Part shown: piece after piece, positions 39,832-48,945 of the stretch
Position numbering within the stretch: position 1 is the stretch's first letter
How the letters are laid out: each line of letters opens with the position of its first letter
NCBI GenBank assembly: GCA_963804995.1
Contig: CAWDSK010000001.1
Location: 608,001-672,000, forward strand
Source of the DNA: an uncultured Acidobacteriota bacterium
Lineage (GTDB): Bacteria; Acidobacteriota; Terriglobia; UBA7540
DNA length: 64,000 nucleotides
Direction: 5' to 3'
Translations under genes and position numbers: made by a program
Notes under the pieces: generated by a model
What the model saw: only the letters and a program-made list of their open reading frames with translations
What the model was told of the DNA's origin: nothing
The model's database searches: none

Positions 39832-41496
39832 TTACTTAATCTCCACCAGTCCGTTCCCATTTCCATTCGAGGGCGAAGCCTTGGCGGCCTTCAGGTCCAG
39901 GGGGACGGAAAACTGCTTCTCGATCTTTTCGCGGAAGCAGGGGCCGGAGTTGTAGGTGCAGAAGGGATAGACCAGACCGTTGGGCGCGGTGTAGTGGATG
40001 ACGCAGCGCTTCACGCGGTTGATGTCATAGTTATAGACATCCATGAAGTGCATGCCCGCGACGAGCAGGGTCTTATAAGTGAACGTGCCGTCGCCCTGGC
40101 CGCGGCCTTTGCTGTGATCGGTCATGCCCTGGAGAGTATTGAGGAAGCGCTCGAAGGTAAGTCCCGGCGGCGCGAATTCGGCCTTGAAGTGCCGCCGCAG
40201 GGAATTCCAGGCGCTGATCTTGGAGAAGAGTTTTACCCGCGCGCCCTCCGCCTTGCGTGCCAGCAGGTCGATATCGCGCAGCATGGCGCCGACATCGAAA
40301 AAGCGCGTGATGGGCACGGCCTTCTTCGATACCGGATCAACATATAGGTAGGTCCCCATGGCGCAATGCGGATGCGAAGTCAGGTTCGGCCGCTCGAATT
40401 TCTGAAGCGCCGAAAGCAATTTCGAAAAGGGTGAGGTGCAGGCGAGCGGGAACCAGTCGTTGTATTTATCGGTCATGCCCGTCTGGTCGGAAATGCAGTG
40501 CGCCAGGTCCGACTGGGTGAAGCGCTTGGCCTCCAGATCCCGCCGATTGATGCGGCCCGTGAAGGCCACCGGCTGGAAACTGAAGCCGCTGATGCAGTCG
40601 ATATTGTCGATGGCGAAGCGCACCATGTCGCCGAGTTGATGGTCGTTCACGCCTTTGACGATGGTGGGCACCAGCACAATCTTCAGGCCGTACTCGCGGC
40701 AATTCTCAATGCAGGCCAGCTTGATATCCATCAGTCGCTGGCCGCGCGTGCGGAGATAGATGTCATCGTTGAGGCCGTCGAATTGCAGATAAAGCGTGTG
40801 CAGGCCGGCTTCCTTGGCGGCCTCGGCAAATTCCGCGCGGGCGAAGGCAATGCCGTTGGTGGCTGTCTGGATATGCGTAAAGCCCAGTTCCGTCGCCTTG
40901 CGCAGCACGTCGAGATAGCGCGGGTACATGGTCGGCTCGCCGCCGGAGAACTGCACCACGCGGTTCGGCACCGGCCGTTGGGCGCGCAACCCCTCGATCA
41001 TCCCCACCACCTGATCGAAGGATGGCTCGTAGAGATATCCGGCCGTGTTGGCATTGGCAAAGCAAACCGGGCAGGTCAGGTTGCAGCGATTCGTCAGGTC
41101 AACATTTGAAAGGACGGTGTGCGAAGTGTGCATGGAGCACAGCCCGCAGTCGTCCGGGCAGCGCGTGGCGTCCGGAACCGCAGGGTTTTCCAGGCCGCGG
41201 TTGTCGCCGAATTCCCACTGTTCCATCTTGAGGTAGAGGCGCGCATCGGAATAAATCTTGTCGCGGAATTCGCCGTGCGCGACGCAAGTCTTCTCCATGT
41301 ATACGGCGCCATTCTCTTCAAAAAGATAGGCATCGATCACTTGCAGGCATTCGGGGCAAACGGACTGCGTGGTTTTGGGCAGACCTTTTTGCACCGGCTC
41401 AATCGGCGAGCCGGTAAAGGTGGTTTCCGGCTGGATAATTTTGAAGTCGCTTCGACGACGAGTCGGGGTAGGTGGAGCTACAGTCAACGTGGCCAC
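39832..41496 (-). CDS. tes: Radical SAM protein, tetraether synthase (Tes/GDGT-MAS, MJ0619 family) homolog
   Basis: SVCPEC...TCVAHG, CPDDCGLCSMH, RCNLTCPVCFANAN, QFSGGEPT, YLQFDG, FQPVAFTGR, SHPHC, MHFMD.YN.D..RV.RC.IHY...PFCTYN; GTG start after AGGAGG. Confidence 0.82.
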   Translation of the reverse strand: MATLTVAPPTPTRRRSDFKIIQPETTFTGSPIEPVQKGLPKTTQSVCPECLQVIDAYLFEENGAVYMEKTCVAHGEFRDKIYSDARLYLKMEQWEFGDNRGLENPAVPDATRCPDDCGLCSMHTSHTVLSNVDLTNRCNLTCPVCFANANTAGYLYEPSFDQVVGMIEGLRAQRPVPNRVVQFSGGEPTMYPRYLDVLRKATELGFTHIQTATNGIAFARAEFAEAAKEAGLHTLYLQFDGLNDDIYLRTRGQRLMDIKLACIENCREYGLKIVLVPTIVKGVNDHQLGDMVRFAIDNIDCISGFSFQPVAFTGRINRRDLEAKRFTQSDLAHCISDQTGMTDKYNDWFPLACTSPFSKLLSALQKFERPNLTSHPHCAMGTYLYVDPVSKKAVPITRFFDVGAMLRDIDLLARKAEGARVKLFSKISAWNSLRRHFKAEFAPPGLTFERFLNTLQGMTDHSKGRGQGDGTFTYKTLLVAGMHFMDVYNYDINRVKRCVIHYTAPNGLVYPFCTYNSGPCFREKIEKQFSVPLDLKAAKASPSNGNGNGLVEIK

Positions 41497-41817
41497 GGTT
41501 CCTCCTGAGGAAGGCGTATCAATTAAGGTTGCGCTGCATGGGCTGTGCACTTCGTATTACCCAGCAGCGTTAGAGAAGGTCTTGCTTAAGAAATAAGAAG
41601 TCCGACGCTAAAGGGACACATTGGAACATCCCGATGAAGTGAGGGGAACTACAAACCTTCGGATGGTAATTTGGGGACATCGAACGGCGAGAAACTAGGC
41701 TCGAATGGTTCAGACAAATTGTTCATTATAAAGGACTTGCGACATTTTGTCCGAACTGCTCTCCGGCCGCTTGACACTACTCCCTCTATCCAAAATCGAC
41801 TCGCGGGCAGACGATAA

Positions 41818-42228
41818 CTATTTTCTGAACAGGTTCTCGAAGGCCTGGCGAGCATCCAGCGGTCGGGAGGAAGAGGTCTCACGTTCCACGGTGGTGCGCG
41901 GCGAGTAGAAGCTGCATTGGTTGCGAGAATCCTTTTTAGGGAGGCGCGCGCTGATGGGCTGCGTACACTCGTAGCGGCTGGAAGTATCAAAGTAGGCGCA
42001 TTGCTTGCAGCTATGCAATTCAAAGCCGCAGCGCGGACACTTGCCCGTGAAATCAATGTCAGGCGGCAACAAAGCGGCGCAGGAACCACAGCGCACCACT
42101 TCGCGCTTGCCGGGCAGCTTCGGAGTCCGCGGCCCGAAGGTTTCAGGTTTCTTCGCGGGTCTGGACTCGGAGCGTTCGCGGTCGCCCCCCGAGTCCATAT
42201 ACCCCCGCTGTTTATACTTTCTCTCCAT
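41818..42228 (-). CDS. Hypothetical zinc-ribbon protein
   Basis: CGSC, CPRC, CKQC motifs; AGGAG RBS. Confidence 0.75.
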   Translation of the reverse strand: MERKYKQRGYMDSGGDRERSESRPAKKPETFGPRTPKLPGKREVVRCGSCAALLPPDIDFTGKCPRCGFELHSCKQCAYFDTSSRYECTQPISARLPKKDSRNQCSFYSPRTTVERETSSSRPLDARQAFENLFRK

Positions 42229-42342
42229 CAAAACTCCTTAGGAATTGGCAGCTTTATTTTCGTTCGTTGGATTGCTGATACTCTTATCATACGCCGCTCG
42301 TTCGCTCCACGCCAGCAGTAAAAAGCGTATTAGTAGTTTGAC

Positions 42343-42413
42343 GTAGCGGCGAGTTTACCCCGCCATCGTACGTTGAGATAAATCCACCCATGGCGGGGTA
42401 AACCCGCCGCTAC
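42343..42413. repeat. REP doublet (same family as 17679 and 29117)
   Basis: GTAGCGGCGAGTTTACCCCGCCAT...ATGGCGGGGTAAACCCGCCGCTAC. Confidence 0.8.
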
Positions 42414-42483
42414 ACCAAATTGAACCCGTACCGTAAAAAGACCCTGGTTTGCGGCGTGGTGTTAAAGCGGAAACCGCTCCCGC

Positions 42484-43455
42484 CTAGTATCCGAGGGTCT
42501 TCCGGACAAACTCGCGGCTGATCTTCCAATCGTCGCGCAGGGGCCGCGTGAGCTGGAAGCCCTTCTCGTGTGCGAGCTCGATCACGGGGTCGCCCGTAAA
42601 CGGAATCGCGTGCAGGGCCTGGGCGATGCCCACGTAATCCATGCTCCCCTCGCCCACGGCTTCGGACCAGGTGCCATCCGCTTTCTGATCGCGGATGTGC
42701 ATAAAGACGATTTGCTTGCCGAAGCGATGAATGAAGTCCACGGGATTAACTCCGCCCCGCACCAGCCAGTTGAGGTCCGGCCCCAATTTGACGTCGGGGA
42801 TGCGGGCCAGCGTGCCCTCCAGATCGTGCATGCCGTTTTCGACTTCGTAGGTATGATTGTGGAGGTTTAGAACCACACCGTGTGCCTTGCCGAAGGCGAT
42901 GATTTTGCGCAGGATCTCCGCTTGCGCGTCAAGCTGCTCCGGCGTCTTGGGTGCGTGGGCTTGGCCGACTGACGTTCCCAGGGTACGCCCTCCCAGTTGA
43001 GCGACGCGCGTAATGACCGTCTCGGCCTTTTCCAGGATTTCGCCGTGCTTCGAGCTGTCCCACATATTGGCCCCGAACGACGTGCCGAGGATCGGCAGGG
43101 AGTATTTGTGGGAAAGCGCGCCGATGCGCTCCACGGCGTCGTCGTGCATCAAGGCTGCATCCATCAGTTCGAAAGCGTCAATCCCCGCGTATTTGAAATC
43201 CGAAAAGATCTGCTCGAGGACCGGCGTGTAGTCGTGATTTGGAATGGGCGCGGCGTAAACCCAGGCGTGGCCACCTACCAGGATCTTTTTGGGTTTGGGA
43301 GCAGCGTTCCGCGCCAATGCCCCATCCGCCGCCAGCACTCCCGCCGCCATCGTCGCGGCAGACTTGAGGAACTCCCGACGGTCGCGACTCTTCAAAGTTT
43401 CGACTTGATCATCATGCTGACTCTTCGCTACTCCAGGATTGCTGGATCTCGGCAT
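42484..43455 (-). CDS. Sugar phosphate isomerase/epimerase (TIM barrel) with Tat signal
   Basis: DRREFLK leader; LHNHTYE, PDLNW, MHIRD, VGEG.MD, IEL. Confidence 0.85.
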   Translation of the reverse strand: MPRSSNPGVAKSQHDDQVETLKSRDRREFLKSAATMAAGVLAADGALARNAAPKPKKILVGGHAWVYAAPIPNHDYTPVLEQIFSDFKYAGIDAFELMDAALMHDDAVERIGALSHKYSLPILGTSFGANMWDSSKHGEILEKAETVITRVAQLGGRTLGTSVGQAHAPKTPEQLDAQAEILRKIIAFGKAHGVVLNLHNHTYEVENGMHDLEGTLARIPDVKLGPDLNWLVRGGVNPVDFIHRFGKQIVFMHIRDQKADGTWSEAVGEGSMDYVGIAQALHAIPFTGDPVIELAHEKGFQLTRPLRDDWKISREFVRKTLGY

Positions 43456-44201
43456 AACTCCTCCTCAGTTTGCAGGGTAGCTGCACTCCTCCACAGTTTG
43501 GGAAAGACGGGTCACTTGGGTCACGGTTCTACGCGGGCCTGATCGAATTTCCGAATCTCCTGCGGGGAGCTTTCTCGAACGCGGCGGTCGTACGTCGAGG
43601 GTGCTTCCTTTAGACCTCCTAAAATAAGGCTAGTTGGGCCCGGATGCAAGTGTTTGTAAGCGAAAACGCAAAAAATCCTGTTGCGACTGGCAGGCAAGGC
43701 GTCGGCTGAGGATCGGATCATCAGGCCGTCGAGCCCTCGGGTGATTTGCGAATGGTGATTGGCGATTCTCGAAGTCGGCATTTGATTCATCTTTTCATCT
43801 GACACCACCGATAACCGATGTGGGGAAGTCTGTCACGGGCGGATTGGGTCGGATGGGGTGAGGGGCTTGCCTGGCGGGTCCTGGCGAACCTCCATTTTCG
43901 TTTCTCGCGACCCTCCATTCCCCAGCATGGAGCGGCGCCGCGAGGCGCTCCGGCCGGGGACGTAGGGCCGAACGGCGTTCGGCCCAGGGCCAGCGCCGCT
44001 GGCCCCTACGGACGTGGCACGGGCATCTGAAGGTGTGAAAAAATACCATTTTCACCGCTGAGACGCTGAGACGCAGAGAAATGACCCTTTGTTTTCAAAC
44101 CTCTGCGCCTCCGCGTCTCCGCGGTGAAAGGCTTGATGGGATTTTTTCACAGCTTCTCTTGCCCGTGATGTTCATGGCCAGGATGGCCATGCCACACCGG
44201 A

Positions 44202-44570
44202 CTACCCGGTTTTGGAGGCTTGCTGGGGGCGGTTGAGCGCGTCGAGGAAACGGGGGAAGGCCTTTGCGTACGTCGCGAGATTGTCCGAAAAGTCCCCGAT
44301 CACTTTGCTCACCACATCGGCCTTGCGGGGGTGATCCCATTCATCGAAGAGGTAATCGTCAATGCGGACAGGAAACAGCACATTCTTATGTTCGCGGTCT
44401 TCCTTCTGCAAGGCGCGCTCGATTTCGCGAATGACGGGCGGGCTTTCGAGCGAATCCTTGGAGCAGATCACCACCAGTTTGTCATAATGCCGGATGGCGG
44501 TGTCAATCTCGCCCCACACCGGCTCGCCCCACTTGGCATTTTCGTCAAACTTCCAACATGTTTCGGCGCC
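44202..44570 (-). pseudogene. 5'-truncated TIR domain
   Basis: CWKFDENAKWGEPVWGEIDTAIRHYDKLVVICSKDSLESPPVIREIERAL...LFPVRIDD; the first TIR strand (FISYS) is missing. Confidence 0.75.
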
Positions 44571-44609
44571 GCCGTTGACAGCGATGCCTTGACGTTTTAA
44601 GATGATTAC

Positions 44610-44831
44610 ATGAATGCAACAATTGCCGCACCGATTGACTGGATCGAGGCTGTTGGAAATCTGCGTTTTCCATCGAAAGCGGACCATCGCCTTCAGGAAC
44701 TCATGGACCGGAACAACGAAGGGCTTTTGCAGGAATCTGAAAGGGAAGAACTGGAGGCATTGGTTGAATTGAGCGAGCGACTGTCGCTCGTCCGCGGCGA
44801 GGCATTGCAGATTCTAGGCAAGCAGCCATAA
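44610..44831 (+). CDS. Small hypothetical protein, putative antitoxin of the HNH gene
   Basis: RLQELMDRNNEGLL...EREELEALVEL; translationally coupled (TAATG) to the HNH gene. Confidence 0.72.
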   Translation: MNATIAAPIDWIEAVGNLRFPSKADHRLQELMDRNNEGLLQESEREELEALVELSERLSLVRGEALQILGKQP

Positions 44832-45244
44832 TGAGCGTCCCGGAAGAACTGTCGCGCACAGTTCGGGCACGCGCTCGCGGGCGGTGCCAATACTGCCTGA
44901 TGCACGAGAGCCTCCAGGGAGCCACTTTCCACGTTGAGCACATCATCCCACAATGCCAAGGCGGGCGCTCCGATTTGCAGAATCTCGTGCTGGCGTGCCC
45001 TGAATGCAATCTGCATAAAGCCAGCAGGATTACGGCGATTGATCCGGCGACTGGTGAGTCTGTGCAATTATTTCATCCCCTCCTGCAACGCTGGTCAGAA
45101 CACTTCCGGTTTAATCGCTATCAGATCGAAGGATTGACCCCCGTGGGCCGCACAACCATAGAAGTGCTAAACCTGAATCACTCCCGCCGTCAGCGCATCC
45201 GCGAAGTTGAGGAAGCGTTTGGTCTCTATCCGCCAGCGCATTGA
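44831..45244 (+). CDS. HNH endonuclease
   Basis: RCQYC...HVEHIIP...GG...NLVLACPECNLHK. Confidence 0.9.
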   Translation: MSVPEELSRTVRARARGRCQYCLMHESLQGATFHVEHIIPQCQGGRSDLQNLVLACPECNLHKASRITAIDPATGESVQLFHPLLQRWSEHFRFNRYQIEGLTPVGRTTIEVLNLNHSRRQRIREVEEAFGLYPPAH

Positions 45245-45365
45245 GGGATTTTCCTTGATGACACTCACCCCGCGTCGGTGATTTGCGTCCAAATGAGGTC
45301 CGCCCCGCTGAGGTCCAGCCCGACAAGGTCCGCGACCAGTTGTCAGTTATCAGTCATCAGTATTC

Positions 45366-45902
45366 AGCGGGTAGCCACGGACAGTGCCTTTCTGTCCGTG
45401 AGCTCTTCCCTTGATGACGAACCTCCAGTCGATTGTGGCCGCACTGATTGCGTTCCCGGTGGGTTCTTGAAGGCATGGGGGTGGAGTGGTAATCTGCGGG
45501 CGTGTCAAACGTCCACCGTCTGCGCCTCACCGACCGCATCTTCTTTGTCAGTATTGGGACCGCTTTGTGCGCGACGAGAAGGAATTCAATGAGCGTCTGG
45601 AGTACATGCACCTGAATCCCGTGAAGAAAGGGCTGGTGAAACGTCGGTAGCCACGGTCAGTGCAGTTCTGACCGTGGGTTCTTCTGGCCGTGGTCGAGTT
45701 ACAACAATTTTGCTTTGGCCAAGGCAACGGTGGCGGCGTGTCCCATCCGGATTGATGACGTGCGATTGCCTTTGGGGTATCGCGCACGATAAAAGCCCAC
45801 GGTCAGAAAAGCGCTGACGGTGGCTACGAGTTAAACTGCGATGGTGATATCACCGATGGAAAAAGGCCGCGGCCAAAAAGGCGCGGACAGTGGCTACCCG
45901 CT
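45366..45902 (+). mobile_element. REP-bounded RAYT remnant, copy E1
   Basis: Ends AGCGGGTAGCCACGG and GTGGCTACCCGCT; encodes MSNVHRLRLTDRIFFV, WDRFVRDEKEFNERLEYMHLNPVKKGLVKR, WSSYNNFAL...LPLGYRA. Confidence 0.82.
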
Positions 45903-46328
45903 TTAAGGAGTGCGCATGCAGTGGGCGAGGCTGGGAGCAATGGCTTGGAAATGCTTGAGGTTCAGGGTGTAAATGTGGCGGGCGCCGCAGTTTGCCGCGC
46001 AGCGCAGCAGCAGCGCATCGTAAATGCGGCCGCCGGTCAGGCCTTGTTCGGAAGCTTGGCGAATGGTGGCGAGATACTCCCGTTCGCTAAGGGAGACAAG
46101 CGTCAACCGTTGGCGGACCTCTTCGACAAACAGGGCCGCCTGTTCGGGAGGAATCAGGGGCTTTACAGGTAAAGCGCTCATCGAGGCGTAGACTTCAGCC
46201 AAGGTGTGAATCCCGCAGGCGGACTGCTCCTTGCTGGCCGCAGCGAAGAGCCGGAGGCTCGATTCGTGATGCGCATGACCGCGCCAGAAGGCGGCAATGA
46301 GAACGGAGGTATCGAAGAAGTCTCTCAT
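45903..46328 (-). CDS. vapC: VapC/PIN toxin
   Basis: FFDTSVLIAA...HTLAEVY...IYDALL...IYTLNLKHF. Confidence 0.9.
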   Translation of the reverse strand: MRDFFDTSVLIAAFWRGHAHHESSLRLFAAASKEQSACGIHTLAEVYASMSALPVKPLIPPEQAALFVEEVRQRLTLVSLSEREYLATIRQASEQGLTGGRIYDALLLRCAANCGARHIYTLNLKHFQAIAPSLAHCMRTP

Positions 46329-46588
46329 CGGGAGAGAGTTGCGCCCAGGCGCTTGGCGCGTTCGAGGTCAATCAGATCGGGAATGGAAGCGTTGCTCGGC
46401 TCGCCTTGATACACCCAGACGCCTCTTTCCTTTTGCAGAAGAGCCTGCGGACGAACCGGGCGCAAGGTAATGCGCTCACCTTCACTTTCCAGCACGAGGG
46501 TGTCGCCGGCTCCGAGCCGCATCTCTTCGCGCAGAGTTTTGGGGAGAACCAGCCGCCCGGCTTTGTTGAGTGAAACCTTGGTCGTCAT
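46325..46588 (-). CDS. AbrB/MazE-family antitoxin
   Basis: LNKAGRLVLPKTLREEMRLGAGD; CCATTCTAGAATGG palindrome just upstream. Confidence 0.88.
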   Translation of the reverse strand: MTTKVSLNKAGRLVLPKTLREEMRLGAGDTLVLESEGERITLRPVRPQALLQKERGVWVYQGEPSNASIPDLIDLERAKRLGATLSR

Positions 46589-46652
46589 AATGCCATTCTA
46601 GAATGGTTTAAACCACATGTAAATGGCGAAACCAAGTACGGCAAGCAATTGT

Positions 46653-47100
46653 AGCGGGTAGCCATCACGGTCACGGCTTTTGTGGCGGTGGGTTCTTCCC
46701 CTGATGACGAAGCACCTAGTGGGCTTTTCCCTTGATGCCCGACTCCTGATCAACGGTGGCGGCCCTGACGGCGTTCCCCGTGGGTGCTCGAAGGCCTCTG
46801 GCCGCGGTGATAATCTGCGGGCGTGTCCAACGTCCGCCGACTCCGCGTGACGGACTGCATTTTCTTTGTCAATGTGAACCTGCGTCCACGCTTCAAGCGA
46901 TTTAACGAATCTGCATGCGGTGAAGAAAGGGCTGGTGAAGCGCCCGGAGGATGGGCGGTGGTCGAGTTACAACAATTTTGCTTTGGACAAGGCAACGGTG
47001 GCGGCGTGTCCCATCCAGATTGATGACGTGCGATTGCCCTTGGGGTATCGCGCATGAGAAAAGCCCACGGTCAGAAAAACGCTGACCGTGGCCGCCCGCT
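46653..47100 (+). mobile_element. REP-bounded RAYT remnant, copy E2
   Basis: MSNVRRLRVTDCIFFVNVNLRPR then deletion to VKKGLVKRPEDGRWSSYNNFALDKATVAACPIQIDDVRLPLGYRA*; terminal hairpin. Confidence 0.82.
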
Positions 47101-47190
47101 TTGTTTTGCGCTATCATCGGAATCATCCGTTTTGTTAAATGGGTTTGGTAACGCTAGAACCACAAAGTACAAGGCTGGAGGGTAAGAATC

Positions 47191-47510
47191 ATGGCTATCG
47201 AGATTACCTTCGCCGATAACGTACCTCTGAAGGACGGTGGGAAACAGTTTATTATCCTTTTAGAGTTTCAAATGAGCAGTCGAGCCGCACAGTCATGCAA
47301 GGCATTACTGAACAAGCGAAATTATGGTCAAACCTGTCACGGGATGGCCTAATCGAAGTCGCAACTGAGTGGCTACGGTTTTGCACTGACAATAGAAGAT
47401 ACGATCCCTTTAATCATCCTGAAATTTCTAACCCAGAGGATGTAACGGTGCCGATCATGGACCATTGGCTCCAACATCACTCATTTTCCCAATTGGCAAC
47501 ACAAAATTAG
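47191..47510 (+). CDS. AT-richer orphan ORF, probably one gene with a -1 indel in a T run near 47250
   Basis: GGAGG RBS then MAIEITFADN; adding one T joins it to MQGITEQAKLW...TQN*. Confidence 0.45.
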
Positions 47511-47701
47511 AGCACTACCCAGGGATGACGATCCTTGCATTCACGGTTTTCACGATTGCTGGCATTTTGCTCTGGATAGGCGACCACCGAGGATGGGCCA
47601 TCCTCTGTTTTTTGATCGCCTTGGTAATCCTGTCAGCTATGCTGCTGTAGCAGAATTGGCACGCACACGCACGCGGACGGGGCAACCCATACAAACACTG
47701 T

Positions 47702-48610
47702 TTAGGATGAACTTTGCGGGGCGGAGAAACCGCCTGCGACCCAAACGAAAACCCGAAGTGTTCCCCAAGGTACCAAGAAACCAACCACGGGATAACAAAA
47801 AGGCAGGAGCAGGCTGGCGATAAAGGCCAATCGGGCCTTGAGTGTCTTCGCTCCCCTGCGTGCCCACTCGCCCGTTGTGAGTTGAATTGAGGAAATCGCG
47901 CCACCCTTGTCTGCATTCACGGTTTGAATGCCATCGGTGCCCTTCACGTCAACCGTGATCTCGGCGGCAGGATCGTCGGCAACGGCTTTATCGTATACGT
48001 TAGCGGCCTGCGCCGGATAATCGGGAATAATTAAAACTGGTGGTGTTTCCAAAGTGTACCCAGGCGGTATCGGCGGCGGTTGCGTAGGCGTTTCCAGCCG
48101 ATAACCGGGCGGTATAGGTGGTATTGCACGCGGTGGAATAGCCGGTTGCGCAGGAGCATCCAGCGTGTAGCCCGGTGGCGGCGGCGGTACAGCGGGCTTT
48201 TCTAGCGTATACCCCGGTGGAAGCGGGGGGACCGGCGGCTTTATCGTGAATTGTTGTGTCTTGTGCTGAGCGAGGTAACTTTTAATCGCCTCAGCAATCT
48301 TATCGTCGGACATGCCACCGGGGAAGGACACGTTGCCCACTCCAGGAACCTCAACGATTTTGTCGGGAGTGATGTATATTTCCTGCTTTCCGCCGATGCT
48401 CGAAAAAGCTACAGGCCCATGCTGCTTGGCTTGGTAGTCTTTTATGGCTGCGTTCACATCGAGCATAACCGGCAAGGCTTGAAGCCGTTCAAATCTCGTA
48501 TGCGAATTCCAGACATTCATGAGATTCCAATAACCAAAGGCTCCGCCCGCGACGCATCCCAGAGCCCCAAGCACGATTCCGACTCGCCGCATTCCTTCTC
48601 TCGTGTTCAT
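47702..48610 (-). CDS. Membrane-anchored protein with Pro-rich PPGYTL repeats
   Basis: N- and C-terminal TM segments; four P(L/P/I)PPGY(T/R)L(E/D) units. Confidence 0.72.
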   Translation of the reverse strand: MNTREGMRRVGIVLGALGCVAGGAFGYWNLMNVWNSHTRFERLQALPVMLDVNAAIKDYQAKQHGPVAFSSIGGKQEIYITPDKIVEVPGVGNVSFPGGMSDDKIAEAIKSYLAQHKTQQFTIKPPVPPLPPGYTLEKPAVPPPPPGYTLDAPAQPAIPPRAIPPIPPGYRLETPTQPPPIPPGYTLETPPVLIIPDYPAQAANVYDKAVADDPAAEITVDVKGTDGIQTVNADKGGAISSIQLTTGEWARRGAKTLKARLAFIASLLLPFCYPVVGFLVPWGTLRVFVWVAGGFSAPQSSS

Positions 48611-48759
48611 TGGTGTTCCTCCGCGCGTCGCTAACCTACTGTATACCTCGACTCGGGGGGGAGGGAAAGGGAAAAAGGCAGGGACGAGCGGCAAAGCAGG
48701 TGCCCCATGCCGGAGGAGCTAGGGAACGGAAGGTTGGCGTATCGTAAGGGAGACTCATG

Positions 48760-48945
48760 GCGGGTAGCGACGGTCAATGCAGTTCTGACCGTAGGTTCTT
48801 CTGGCGGTGGTCGAGTTACAACAATTTTGCTTTGCACAAGGCAACGGTGGCGGCGTGTCCCAACCAGATTGATTACGTGCGATTGCCATTGGGGTATCGC
48901 GCCTGAGAAAAACCCACGGTCAGAAAAACGCTGACCGTGGCCGCT
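48760..48945 (+). mobile_element. Minimal REP-RAYT 3'-end element, copy E3
   Basis: Hairpin, WSSYNNFAL...YRA* coding remnant, hairpin. Confidence 0.82.
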
